Shown piece by piece: positions 1 to 12,127 of a DNA stretch of 47,518 bases. Below the pieces are notes generated by a model that worked only from the letters and a program-made list of their open reading frames with translations, ran no database searches and was not told where the DNA came from. The DNA is taken from assembly GCF_001194135.2 (NCBI RefSeq), contig NC_068982.1, positions 101,711,839 through 101,759,356 on the forward strand, read 5' to 3'. How positions within the stretch are numbered: position 1 is the stretch's first letter; every line of letters starts with the position of its first letter. The DNA comes from Octopus bimaculoides. Taxonomy: Eukaryota. The position numbers and the translations under genes are program-made.

Positions 1-189
1 ATATATATATATATATATATACATATATATTTAAAAGCGTGTGTATGTCTTTATGCGTCTGTTTGTGAAAATTTAAGGCTATGCATGTGAATGCGCGTGT
101 GCTTTGTGATGTAGCATATCTGAATCTAAATCAATTTTGTATGTATGCATATGTTATTAAATGTAGATCATGGGAGATGCCAGCTTACG

Positions 190-385
190 AACATCCCAAA
201 AGCATTTCCACTTGTTCTCAACTAAGAACAAGCAAACAACATATTCCTAGACTTCTTTACCGTGTTCGATAAAGTCAAGAACCGAAAACTTTGTCAGAAG
301 TCATGAAGCTAAGGAATTCGGAAGAAAAAAAAAACATACAGCATGGATCAAGAGCTATATATTCATTCAGCAGAGAACGTGTAAT
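190..385 (+). mobile_element. Degraded CR1/L2-type LINE reverse transcriptase fragment
   Basis: From 241 the frame reads IFLDFFTVFDKVKNRKLCQKS*S*GIR, matching the LINE RT motif IFLDFSKAFDKVPHxxLLxKLxxYGI. It is preceded by PKSISTCSQL (cf. GFRKGRSCLTQL). In-frame stops are present. Confidence 0.7.
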
Positions 386-718
386 GCTTTTAGTGACATA
401 TTGACGAATCTGAAGCACTCCAAAAATATATCACACTTTCTTTGGGGTTCTTTTAAGTTTTTCGAGGTTTTCTTTTCTTTCTTTCTTTTTCGTTTTTCTC
501 TTTGTGCTGAGCATAAATGACAATCATGAATATATTGGCTCCAACTGAATTCTCTTTTTATCGGCTATTCAGTTATCTCTAGGCCAATTGAAAGTAATGT
601 ACAAAACAGAAAAAAAAAGATTGATTCATTTCCTAATGAAGTTTAACACTGATAAATTTAGCATAATACTAATAATATATAAAAGGGACCATCTTCACGA
701 GCCTCCAAAAGCGAAACT

Positions 719-840
719 ATGGAATTTGTTCGACGTATTGGAAATAGAAGCAAATCTTATTCAAGTGACATTCTAGGTTCTTTAAAATGCAAGGATACAA
801 CAGATAATTCAGTCGTAGATAAAGTAAGACTAGAAATAAG
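719..840 (+). CDS. Candidate first coding exon of an unidentified spliced gene (MEFVRRIGNRSKSYSSDILGSLKCKDTTDNSVVDKVRLEIR)
   Basis: ATG in strong Kozak context (actATGg), upstream in-frame TAA at 680, open for 40 codons, ends at donor AAG|gtaaca (phase 2). No homology recognised. Confidence 0.3.
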
Positions 841-1080
841 GTAACATATTCACGACACACTTATAACTGTCAATACACGAAACAGTCGGCCCTTGAGCCA
901 CTCCGTAATTTCTTCCCATTACTACCACTACTATTGCTGCTGCTACTGCTGTTTTTGTTGCTGCTTCCGCTTTTGCTACTGATGCTAATTATATATATAT
1001 ATATACTGAGAAGACATGTACATTTGAGTAAGCATGTGTGCTTGCGCGTGTATGTTGTGTGTGTGTGTATGTGTGTTTAC

Positions 1081-1238
1081 CATATGAAAATTTGACACTC
1101 TTAGAGATTCGGTCCGAGTTCGGCAATTCACGAACAGCACCGCCCAAGGCGAACCTCCCAGTTGTGTGTCAACTTTTGCCATAATAAACATATCCACTCT
1201 ACCCAAAGTATTGATGTCTATATGAGATAAATCTTGCC
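1081..1238 (-). CDS. Candidate internal exon (QDLSHIDINTLGRVDMFIMAKVDTQLGGSPWAVLFVNCRTRTESLRVSNFHM)
   Basis: GC-richer unique block, acceptor attctattttacgtag, open frame, weak donor ATG|gtaaac. Confidence 0.15.
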
Positions 1239-1293
1239 CTACGTAAAATAGAATTTGAATATATTTTACAGCCATTACATTACGATTCATAAA

Positions 1294-1294
<1 letters not shown>

Positions 1295-1343
<49 letters not shown>
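1295..1343. repeat. (GATA)n microsatellite
   Basis: Direct reading. Confidence 0.97.
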
Positions 1344-1345
<2 letters not shown>

Positions 1346-2027
1346 GCTTCGCTTTTTATGTAAATACTAGGAAAAGTTTAGTAAAATAAAAAAGATGGGT
1401 GAATAGAATAATTTGATTGTGTTAACATGTAATATGACAAGTTCTCGGTACATGACAAGTAAGACGAAGAGAGTTAAGTGCTACACTGGCCACAAGAATC
1501 ATGCTTTATATCTAAATAGTGAACCAGTTCACACTGTCATAACTAAAGTTAAGATATTCAATGAAAACAAAATCTAAGAACGACTAAAGAAAATAATGAC
1601 ATTGACATGAAGACATATGTAGAAAATATATATATTTTGAGCATGAAATTGGATCTACGTACACACAAAACATAGACACATAGACACACACTTGCATATA
1701 TATTTGTAAGTGTATATGTATGCGTAATTTTATACTCTTTTTTTTTTACAATATGTCTCTGTGTGTATATACAAATATATAGAGTCAGATCGAGAGATAA
1801 AACTGCACAATACTTGACACCAAGCCGCACATTTGTTCCCTCCAGTAGTAACTAAGTATATATCTGTGTATGCACTGAAGCATAATGGATATATATTCAT
1901 ATAGCCACGTAAACTCACAAAGAATGAGGGGAGAAAGTAATATTCCTGATGTAGATACACTTTACTGATAGGATGACTAAAAGAAATAGTAAGTGCTTAT
2001 ACGCGCATATATATATATATGTGTGTG

Positions 2028-2058
<31 letters not shown>

Positions 2059-2693
2059 NNNNNNNNNNNNNNNNNNNNNNNNNNNNNNNNNNNNNNNNNN
2101 NNNNNNNNNNNNNNNNNNNNNNNNNNNNNNNNNNNNNNNNNNNNNNNNNNNNNNNNNNNNNNNNNNNNNNNNNNNNNNNNNNNNNNNNNNNNNNNNNNNN
2201 NNNNNNNNNNNNNNNNNNNNNNNNNNNNNNNNNNNNNNNNNNNNNNNNNNNNNNNNNNNNNNNNNNNNNNNNNNNNNNNNNNNNNNNNNNNNNNNNNNNN
2301 NNNNNNNNNNNNNNNNNNNNNNNNNNNNNNNNNNNNNNNNNNNNNNNNNNNNNNNNNNNNNNNNNNNNNNNNNNNNNNNNNNNNNNNNNNNNNNNNNNNN
2401 NNNNNNNNNNNNNNNNNNNNNNNNNNNNTATATATATATATATGGGTGTGTGTATATCTACGTATATGTGTGTTTGCATATGTGTTTTGTATTTGCCTGC
2501 CGTGATTGTATTTTTTCTCCGTACATTCTTTGTCCGTAAGTATGTTTGCGTCTGCGCGCGCAAGTATGCGCGAGTATGTGCGTGTGTTTGTGTGTGCGTA
2601 TACATATGTGTACGCGTGCTGTGTGATAAAATACTGAAGAAGTTGTTAAAAGGATGTTTCGCTTTGTTTCTCTTATCAGTCTTCTTCATTCAG

Positions 2694-2733
2694 ACCAATT
2701 CCTGTCGGAATTGTATGGTGCTACTTCATATTG
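2694..2733 (+). CDS. Candidate 40-nt exon (R-PIPVGIVWCYFIL)
   Basis: ~35-nt polypyrimidine tract ending ttcattcag, donor TTG|gtcagt; phase 2 to 0, compatible with 719-840. Confidence 0.35.
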
Positions 2734-3124
2734 GTCAGTGACTGTACACTGTATACATTCTATCAGAATTACGTATCTGTGTACCCTTGTATAAACTAAT
2801 TTCAAAGAGGACTTTTAAGAGATAGTTTTAAAGGTGACAAAACGACATTCAAATTAGAACTCATTTTAGCGAGGTCAATACTGTACGTAATCTGAACTGA
2901 AATTGAATGTTCAGAGGATACAATATGAATCCGACATAATGTTGAGGTTTGGAAGCAATGGAATGATATTTTCCCTTTTATATGTTGTATAAAAAGCCTT
3001 CTAAGCTTATCTGGCAAAATTGTTTCCAAAAGTTAGTTCTAGATTTTGAACCATTGCATGTTTGAAACTGTTTCTTTCTTTGTATTGTGCATCATTACGT
3101 CTGGCATTAATATCAGAATATTTA

Positions 3125-3545
3125 AAGGCGGCGAGCTGGCAGAATCATTAGCACCGCGGGTAAAATGCTTAGCGACATTTATTAGGCTCTGAGTTCAAAC
3201 TCCGCCGAGGTTAACTTTGCTTTACTTCCTTTTGGGATCGAAATACCAGTTGAGCGCTGGTTTCGATGTAATGGACTTACCGCTCCTCCTAAATTCTTGG
3301 GTCTGGACCAAAATTTGAAACCAATATTAGAATATTGGAAGGTTAGCGCGTCTGAAGAGTAAAAACTCAGCAGCATTTCTGCCGGCTCTTTACATTTCGA
3401 TTTCAAATGCCGTCAAGGTCGACTGAACCTGTTATCCTTTCGGTGTTGATAAAAAGTACCAGTTAAACACTGGGGTCAACGTAATCGACTTACCCCTTCC
3501 CCGTAAAACTGCTGGCATTGTGTCAAAATTCGAAATATTAAAATA
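3125..3545 (+). mobile_element. Two tandem copies of tRNA-derived SINE family A (second more decayed)
   Basis: Head aaggcggcgagctggcagaatc, B-box-like gagttcaaactcc, tail aaaatttgaaaccaatatta. The second copy (~3340-3545) repeats the body. Confidence 0.85.
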
Positions 3546-4933
3546 TTTGGACATTCGATTGGCCGGTAAAATGAACGGACAAAGTTTTTGGAGTCATTTA
3601 GTTGTATACCTTTACATACTGATTTCAAATCCCTCCAGTATCTATTTTGAGCAGATATAAATAAACACCATATGAGAATTAGAGTCTCTATAATCGGCTA
3701 AAGCTACTCTGCTAAATTTCAGGCGTTGTGTGATATTTGCTATAAATATACCTACAGGAATTGATCTCTACTCACATGCAATAATTGACGAATGTATAGT
3801 ACACATTTTCTATGAGTGAAACTTTTGTTTCCTCGTTTATGGGAAAATAGTATATTATAGTATAGCTATATTCACAAGAACATTTTGGTAGGATATGATG
3901 AGATCCACCTGTCTAGCTAAGTTGCTGCTTTATTTGTTGAGTAACATCTTCAAATCCGATGAACATTTTATAGAATAGATTTGACCTGTTCAAAAAGAAT
4001 GTACTCGTTGTATTTTGCCTGAGCATTCTAAATCTATGATGGACATTCTGCTTTAAGATGTGAAGCTTTAAAATTTTATTGTCTTAAGTACCGCATATAA
4101 TTTAGTATCTGGTTATTTCGTTGGTGGTTAGAGTGACTAGGTCAAAACATTTTCTCGGTGCTTGCTGTTGTCTCTTAGGTTAGACACCTAGTCTGGTAGG
4201 TTAATATTTTAGAAACATCGCCTCAATCACTAAAGCCTATCTTTTTTATTGTCTGTAAAACATGACACGCACTGGAGATGCTTCAAGATGATATTATTAA
4301 AACCCAAGGTAAACTCCCCCGGGGAATAAAAGAAATGAAATGTTTCTCCCGGCTTTCCTCTTGTAAGCCACAAGGCTGCATTAACGCAGCTGCTCTCCAG
4401 CCCGATAAGCAATCAGTTTGTAAAAGTAGCTATTTTTCATGATCTTCCTCATTGATAAAACATGTCATAAAATGTCCGGAGGACAATGATAACTTGAGCA
4501 CTCACACATCAATACTAAAACAGTACTTCTCGCATTTTCTTTTTTCAGATGCAGAGAAAAATGCAAATATGAAACAAAAATAAAATGCAAATATTGTAGA
4601 GATACAATATTTTTCATACAAATAAGGATTTCGGAATGAAAAATGAAATAGAAAACAAATAATGAATGGGAAGATATGGGGAAGACAGAGGAATACTTCT
4701 CAATGAGAAAAATGACTGCGTAGATGAATGCATACATAAATGTATAAACACATACAGACACACACAAATGTAAGTGTATGTGAAATTTGTATACACAGAA
4801 AAAACTTCTTCCCAAAAATGTAACTTCCTCATTTTCATAACATATTTTTTTTAATTATTTTTTTAGAAAAATTACCTTTACACTTCAAAACCGTATTAAG
4901 TAATCCTCATAGACTTCCAAATATATATATATA

Positions 4934-4934
<1 letters not shown>

Positions 4935-4998
<64 letters not shown>

Positions 4999-5113
4999 GC
5001 GCAGACACACACACACACACACACATACACACACACACACACGACACACACACACGTGCGTGCGTTTATGCAGTACTACTGTTAATATTGATTCCACGAA
5101 GAGGACTAGATAG

Positions 5114-5144
<31 letters not shown>

Positions 5145-5188
5145 AATGGACAGACAAACAGACAGAGACAGTCAGATAGGTAGATAGG

Positions 5189-5235
<47 letters not shown>

Positions 5236-5244
5236 GTAGATAGG

Positions 5245-5310
<66 letters not shown>
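4935..5310. repeat. Compound microsatellite (CA)n, (GGAT)n, (GATA)n
   Basis: Direct reading. Confidence 0.95.
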
Positions 5311-5629
5311 TGTTTATGTGTACATCCTGAGTAGTCACTAAATATATGGTGTAAGAAATGTGTATGCAGATGAAATCACCCACTGTATTTTTTATAGAGC
5401 CTAATTTATAAAATTCGGTAGGATGAAAGAATCTTGATAGACCATGAGGCGACTCGATCTAAAGAACGTGGAAACATAAACTGGATTCCGTGAAGCTTTA
5501 ACTTCCTCCAAAGCCCTAAATATTTACAGACCCTATAATATACACAGACTCACATGTATTACATACACACATACACATACACACACACATACACGCGCAC
5601 AGACAACACACAAATTCACAAGCGTACAC

Positions 5630-5692
<63 letters not shown>
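5630..5692. repeat. (TA)n microsatellite
   Basis: Direct reading. Confidence 0.95.
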
Positions 5693-5696
<4 letters not shown>

Positions 5697-7297
5697 TACA
5701 AATGCCTGCGCACATGCAGTAAATATAATCCTGTTATATTGCAAATGACATTAGTGTAGAAGCAGCCTGCGGGTATTATTGGTCGAATTCCATATTCGCT
5801 AAATGTCTAATTTGGATGAAGGAGAATATACTTATTTGTAATTTATTGCGTGAGGAATTTATTTCAGGAGTATTTTCATAAGTATATGTGTGTTCCCGTA
5901 TGTGTATAAATATGTATATGTGTACGTGTTTATGATAGATGCGTATTTATAGCGGATAGTAATCTCTTTTCTTCTTTCGTTTTTGTTTTTTACGTTTCTT
6001 CAAAAAAATGTACCAGGATTATTAGGACAAAACTTTCAATGTTAGAAATCAGATATTTTGTGCTTCTTAAAGTAAGGCTTGACTGACCGTGTCAAATTCG
6101 AAATGTACTTCAAGCTTCATCTGAGTGATTTAAAATCATGTGATTTTAGATCATTCGCCGAATTGGTAGAAAGATTGTCTGACATCATCATTGCAATGAA
6201 TGTTATCCATCTACAATTGCTGCGGTTGCAAGCTCAGAAAACAGATTTAACTATTCACGGCCACAGCACAAGGTGTTTGTAGGCACATTTTGCAGACAAT
6301 GATTAAATTCAGAAACATCGTCTTAATAGTTTGCAGCGCTGAAATCAACGTCTCCTATAACCAAAATTTAGAAAGGGTTAGTTTCTAGGAGCTTGAAGGG
6401 ACAGTTTTATGATGGCAGAGCAAACTTTCTTAGAGATACATTCTGTATGAAGGATTAACAGCTAAATGTAGACTACTCAGTTTAATTTAGAGAACCAACG
6501 CATTTGTTATTTATCAATTATACCTTTAACAAAGATTTAAATATTCAGCTTTAATGATTATTCTTGTCAAGAAGAAGAGCAAGGTAAACGACTTAGAAAT
6601 TTCAATTAGTTGAAAATTGAATGGAGACATTCTGGGGAAGGAATTCTGATCATTGGTAACTGCAATAACAACTTAGGATATGTTTTTGTCTTCAGCAAAG
6701 ACTATTCACTCGTATTTACTTAAACTTAAAATGATTGATGAAAAGAATTGAAAAGAAAAGCATTCACGCATTAGTCAATTTACAATAATGATGTAAATAA
6801 TATTTCAAGCAAGCCTTCGGGAGGAAAGATATAGTTAATTGGGAAATAACTTAATGCAATGGACTTCTTTTATTGTATTCAGAAATGACTCGTTTATGGA
6901 AGTGAATTGTTCGGAGTGGTTCAATGACTAAATGCGTTCCGAGATTTTACTACTGAACTTTCCTTCGTAAACGTACGTGTTGTGTGCACTGTTTTGTTTT
7001 TACCTTTGTTTTGTCAGTTAGTCTTCACTGATTGGTGGAAAAACGACTTTTGGAGTTAATACGATTATTGTTTACTTTGAATTCTTGTAGGAATTCTTAT
7101 TTATTACTATCAAAGGATATTCAATATAAGTTCCTTTGAACATGTAAACTACTTTCCAGTGACAGGAAATTGACATGTAGTTTAGAGGTTTATATTGTTT
7201 ACTTCGACAAGAATAAAATAAGAAATGGACAGAGCAAAGATTCAGCACCTTATTCGAAATTCATAACAACTTCGCTGACATTTTTATTCTGTTTTAG

Positions 7298-7342
7298 GAG
7301 AATACAGTGAAGTGTAATGAAGAAAATACGATACGTTGGTCA
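7298..7342 (+). CDS. Candidate exon (ENTVKCNEENTIRW[S])
   Basis: Branch-like gctgac plus atttttattctgttttag acceptor; two possible donors, TTG|gtcagt (7338) and TCA|gtgagc (7342); phase-0 start fits 2694-2733. Confidence 0.35.
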
Positions 7343-9131
7343 GTGAGCAGAATATAACAGACAACTCTATCCAGTCCCACCAGTATTAGGGTATATGGAC
7401 GTCCACTCCTTAAGTCGGAGGCATTGTATAACGCAGAAGAATTTATCTGTACCCGGCATCTTCCTTCGGCTGACTACCTACGTAATATATATTTTTACTC
7501 TGTTCTATCAGACCGGACCGGAGACTAAAAATTAAGTACAACCGCACGTACAAAACACGAACACGATTCTCTCATTTAGAAGGTTCACACCTTACCTAGA
7601 TGGCTATTCAAATGTTTCTTCAATGCAATTTAGAGGAAAGAAAAACAAATACTTCAGACGTAGAGAACTTACAGAAGACATTATTAAAAAGCTCTGATAG
7701 AATTCCAAAGTAAAATACGTAAAGAAAAAAAAAGGAAAACAAACTTGTCTAGTCTAACCTAATGTATCCTCTCAAGATGATTACAAAGTAACGATTCCAA
7801 AATAGTCCGGCGCCATCGCCACCGTTCCGATATATTTCTTGCTTCAACTGAAGGCAGTTGATTAAGCATCGTGTTTTGTTTTTTTCATGGCACACTCACT
7901 TCGGTTAAAATGGAGAAATTTAAGAATACGAAATACCTCTGTTATTTCAACTAATTAAGTAAATAAAAGCAAAGACAGTCATCTTTTCATACTATTCCTA
8001 TACATACCTAGCAACCCACTTAGATACATACATCATACATATGTGCACGTTTATATCCATATATCTGTATATATATATCCACATACATACACACATACAT
8101 ACATATAAATATATATATACGTACATATTCATACACACACACACACACACACNNNNNNNNNNTACATATACATATACATACATATATATTCGGAAACATA
8201 ATGGCCATGTGTCTCTTATAACTATTTGCCTGTGTATATGCTTTCCTGTTTTATGTGTATATATACTTCTGTGTGAGCGTAACAGTGTGTATACGTGTGT
8301 GTGTATACGTGTGTGTGTATGTGTGTGTGTGTGCGTGTTTGTGTGTTGGTTGATCGTTTGTGTTTCTAAGTCGTCTGTGCATTTTCATTTGTTTACTAAT
8401 CTAAATATGAATAGTGATTCCTTGAATTTCTTAGCATTTTTATCGCATTCTATTATTTTCCTGAAGTACATTCACACACACACACACATACTTCCATACA
8501 CTCGTTCTTGTGCATACAGACGCACACGTTTGCAACATTGACACATGTAGACTTTTCCATACCTATCAAGAGTAAAAACAGATTTAAAAGCAAGCTTATA
8601 GACTGTGTGTAAGTAGGTGTCTACGTATAGACGTATGGAAGTATGCGTGTATGCAAGCTTGTAATTATATATATATATATATATNNNNNNNNNNNNNNNN
8701 NNNNNNNNNNNNNNNNNNNNNNNNNNNNNNNNNNNNNNNNNNNNNNNNNNNNNNNNNNNNNNNNNNNNNNNNNNNNNNNNNNNNNNNNNNNNNNNNNNNN
8801 NNNNNNNNNNNNNNNNNNNNNNNNNNNNNNNNNNNNNNNNNNNNNNNNNNNNNNNNNNNNNNNNNNNNNNNNNNNNNNNNNNNNNNNNNNNNNNNNNNNN
8901 NNNNNNNNNNNNNNNNNNNNNNNNNNNNNNNNNNNNNNNNNNNNNNNNNNNNNNNNNNNNNNNNNNNNNNNNNNNNNNNNNNNNNNNNNNNNNNNNNNNN
9001 NNNNNNNNNNNNNNNNNNNNNNNNNNNNNNNNNNNNNNNNNNNNNNNNNNNNNNNNNNNNNNNNNNNNNNNNNNNNNNNNNNNNNNNNNNNNNNNNNNNN
9101 NNNNNNNNNNNNNNNNNNNNNNNNNNNNNNN

Positions 9132-9342
9132 GGATCTTTGTGTATACACACATGAAGCCCCACATATATATACACAAATGCAAGCATAAAGACTTAGGTA
9201 CATGCAAAATATATATGCATATATGTGTGTCTATGTGCATGTGTGTGTGTGGATCTTTGTGTATACACACATGAAGCCCCACATATATATACACAAATGC
9301 AAGCATAAAGACTTAGGTACATGCAAAATATATATGCATATA
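9132..9342. repeat. 119-bp tandem repeat (one full and one partial unit) starting at a gap edge
   Basis: The unit beginning ggatctttgtgtatacacacatgaagcccc occurs at 9132 and 9251. Confidence 0.9.
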
Positions 9343-9811
9343 TCAGTGAGCGTAGTTCTGTTTGTGTATATATATATATATGTATGTATGTATGTATATA
9401 TATATGCGCGTATGTGTGTGTATTTGTGTTGGTGTATGTGTGTGTATGTATTTGTAATTTTCTAGCAGCAAAGAAATGGGACAAGGAGACACAGACAGAG
9501 AGAGAGACAGAAATAAAGCGGAAGAGAGAGAGAGAGAGCGTGTGTAGGGAGAAGAATGAAAGAGACAGTGGTTGGGAGAGGATGCTTACGTTAAAAAAAA
9601 AGCTTGACAATCAAATCAGTTGAAATAATATTAGATAAGGAAATGAGGTAATTACTTACTCCCACACTGGCTTGATTTAAAACAACTATTTATAGAATAT
9701 ATGTTAGATTTGGTAATGGAGTGTGCTGAGATGATGGGTGGAAACACCGAAAGGAAGTTGGAAACCGGTTTCAGTTCCTAGTTGCCTGCATCTATTATTT
9801 GTATACTCTCT

Positions 9812-10040
9812 CTTTACTCTTTTACTTGTTTCAGTCATTTGACTGCGGCCATGCTGGAGCACCGCTTTTAGTCGAAAAAATCGACCCCAGGACTTGTAAG
9901 CCTAGTGCTTATTCTATCAGTCTCTTTTTGCCGAACCGTTAAGTTACGGGGATGTAAACACACCACCATCGGTTGTCAAGCAATGGTGGGGGGGACAAAC
10001 ACAGACTCGCAAACACACATACATATATATACACATATAT
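9812..10040 (-). mobile_element. SINE family B, 3' half, running into its internal microsatellite and a gap
   Basis: tttactcttttacttgtttcagtcatttgactgcggccatgctggagcaccg..., shared with the copies at 16397, 20418, 23460 and 35132. Confidence 0.9.
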
Positions 10041-10765
10041 NNNNNNNNNNNNNNNNNNNNNNNNNNNNNNNNNNNNNNNNNNNNNNNNNNNNNNNNNNNN
10101 NNNNNNNNNNNNNNNNNNNNNNNNNNNNNNNNNNNNNNNNNNNNNNNNNNNNNNNNNNNNNNNNNNNNNNNNNNNNNNNNNNNNNNNNNNNNNNNNNNNN
10201 NNNNNNNNNNNNNNNNNNNNNNNNNNNNNNNNNNNNNNNNNNNNNNNNNNNNNNNNNNNNNNNNNNNNNNNNNNNNNNNNNNNNNNNNNNNNNNNNNNNN
10301 NNNNNNNNNNNNNNNNNNNNNNNNNNNNNNNNNNNNNNNNNNNNNNNNNNNNNNNNNNNNNNNNNNNNNNNNNNNNNNNNNNNNNNNNNNNNNNNNNNNN
10401 NNNNNNNNNNNNNNNNNNNNNNNNNNNNNNNNNNNNNNNNNNNNNNNNNNNNNNNNNNNNNNNNNNNNNNNNNNNNNNNNNNNNNNNNNNNNNNNNNNNN
10501 NNNNNNNNNNNNNNNNNNNNNNNNNNNNNNNNNNNNNNNNNNNNNNNNNNNNNNNNNNNNNNNNNNNNNNNNNNNNNNNNNNNNNNNNNNNNNNNNNNNN
10601 NNNNNNNNNNNNNNNNNNNNNNNNNNNNNNNNNNNNNNNNNNNNNNNNNNNNNNNNNNNNNNNNNNNNNNNNNNNNNNNNNNNNNNNNNNNNNNNNNNNN
10701 NNNNNNNNNNNNNNNNNNNNNNNNNNNNNNNNATATATATATATATATATATATATACATACATC

Positions 10766-11062
10766 AGAGCGTGTTGGCCTAGTGGTTAGGGTGTTGCACT
10801 CGCAATCTAGCGATCGTAATTTTAATTCCCAGACTAGGTGATGCATTGTGTCCTTGAGCAAAACACTTCATCTCGCATTGCTCTGCGATTCCTTCGACAC
10901 TTGTCACGTGGTACACAGTACACCTGATCACCCAACGTCGATTTGATGGAGGGAGCGAGCCAGTGTGCGGCACGAACATTTGATCACTATAAACAAATAT
11001 TTTGTGGAGGTCATTCAGCATTAGCTAAACGTTTATAAGTCATCTTCGGGAGAGTCCATCAT
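10766..11062 (+). mobile_element. tRNA-derived SINE family D
   Basis: A-box-like tggcctagtggttagg; central ttgtgtccttgagcaaaacactt; homologous to the inverted copy at 11770-12068. Confidence 0.8.
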
Positions 11063-11072
11063 CTTATATATA

Positions 11073-11114
<42 letters not shown>

Positions 11115-11234
11115 CAGATATTATATATACATATATATATATATATGTATATATATACATATATACACATACATATATATATATATATAGTGAGAATTTA
11201 CAAAAAAAAACAAAACAAAAGACGAAGAAGGGTG

Positions 11235-11400
11235 TGTAAACAATAAACAAATGTATTAGTTTAACGCTCGGGAAGTGAGAAAGTCTTTTACGTTTCGAGC
11301 CCACGCGCTTCGACAGAAAGGAATACAGAAATAAATAGGAAGAGAAAATAGAGAAAGGTATAGTGGCTAGCGATCTATCATGGCGAATGCCGGACAGAGT
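11235..11400 (-). mobile_element. Probable PLE-derived terminal-repeat fragment carrying a hammerhead motif
   Basis: Contains the minimal hammerhead arrangement typical of Penelope pseudo-LTRs (next feature). The family assignment is from memory. Confidence 0.45.
11285..11320 (-). ncRNA. Minimal type-I hammerhead ribozyme-like motif with variant core
   Basis: The minus strand reads CUUU-CUGUCGA-A-GCGC-GUGG-GCUC-GAAA-CG-UA-AAAG: 4-bp stem I, stem II with one mismatch, palindromic ACGU stem III. The core has A6 changed to U. Confidence 0.5.
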
Positions 11401-11404
11401 GGTG

Positions 11405-11710
11405 AAGACTATGCTAAAACAGTCATACTCCCTTCCATTTGGGAAACCACTTACAGCATCTAATAATATCAGAGACCCGGGAGTAATTGTTAATAACAAA
11501 CTCAGCTGGAGTCGATAAAGGTTGTATAGCTCCTGGAACCTAAGACCCTTCCGGTCCAGAGAACAAGGTGTCATCATTCCTCTTTTCTCCTCCTTTGTAC
11601 GGTCACACCTCAAATACTGCTGCCGCCTGTGGTCTCCGCATACAAAACAAAACATCTCGAAAATTGAATCACCTAGAGGTCATTCACTAAAAGTATTACG
11701 GGCACGATGG
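11405..11710 (+). mobile_element. CR1-type LINE RT 3' fragment
   Basis: IRDPGVIVNNKLSW followed by FRSREQGVIIPLFSSFVRSHLKYCCRLWSPHTKQNISKIE, matching the CR1 motifs RDLGV and LYxxLVRPHLEYCxxVWSP; frameshifted; followed by (GATA)n. Confidence 0.85.
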
Positions 11711-11714
11711 ATAT

Positions 11715-11768
<54 letters not shown>

Positions 11769-11769
11769 G

Positions 11770-12065
11770 TTGGACTCCCTTGTCGAAGAAGGCATATGAG
11801 CGTTCAGCTCTTGCCGAAGATCCTGCATAAATCATTTGTTTATAGTGATCAAATGCCCGTGCCACTTATTAGCTCACCCTCCCCATCAAATCGATGTTGT
11901 CTGCACTGTCGATTTGTGTACTGTGTACCATACGTCAGCTGTCAAAGTGATTGCAGAGCACCATGAGATGAAGTGTTTTGCTCAAGAATGCAACAACGCA
12001 TCACTCGGTCTTGGAATTGAAACTACGATCTCGCGATCGATACAACACTCTAACCACTAAGCCAT

Positions 12066-12068
<3 letters not shown>
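11770..12068 (-). mobile_element. SINE family D, inverted relative to 10766-11062
   Basis: Two perfect 21-nt reverse-complement blocks shared with the first copy (ttgagcaaaacacttcatctc; atttgatcactataaacaaat). Confidence 0.8.

Positions 12069-12127
<59 letters not shown>

Noticed and set aside
1130-1185. AKVDTQLGGSPWAV resembling the PIWI motif KIxIQxNxKLGGxPW
   Set aside because: Spacing is four residues short, the conserved Lys before LGG is absent, and no other Argonaute segments occur nearby.
2694-2733. PIP-x6-YF resembling AKAP14-family PIPRATACVYF
   Set aside because: Flanking residues do not match; too short to assign a gene symbol.
6060-6800. Possible hAT/ZBED transposase remnant (RLSDIIIAMNVIHLQL)
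   Set aside because: Only loose similarity to the LxDIFxxLNxLNxxLQG motif; no TIRs or additional motifs found.
9647-9781. 45-codon open frame (…LPHWLDLKQLFIEYMLDLVMEC…)
   Set aside because: No suitable acceptor/donor pair in phase with neighbouring candidates; short enough to be chance.
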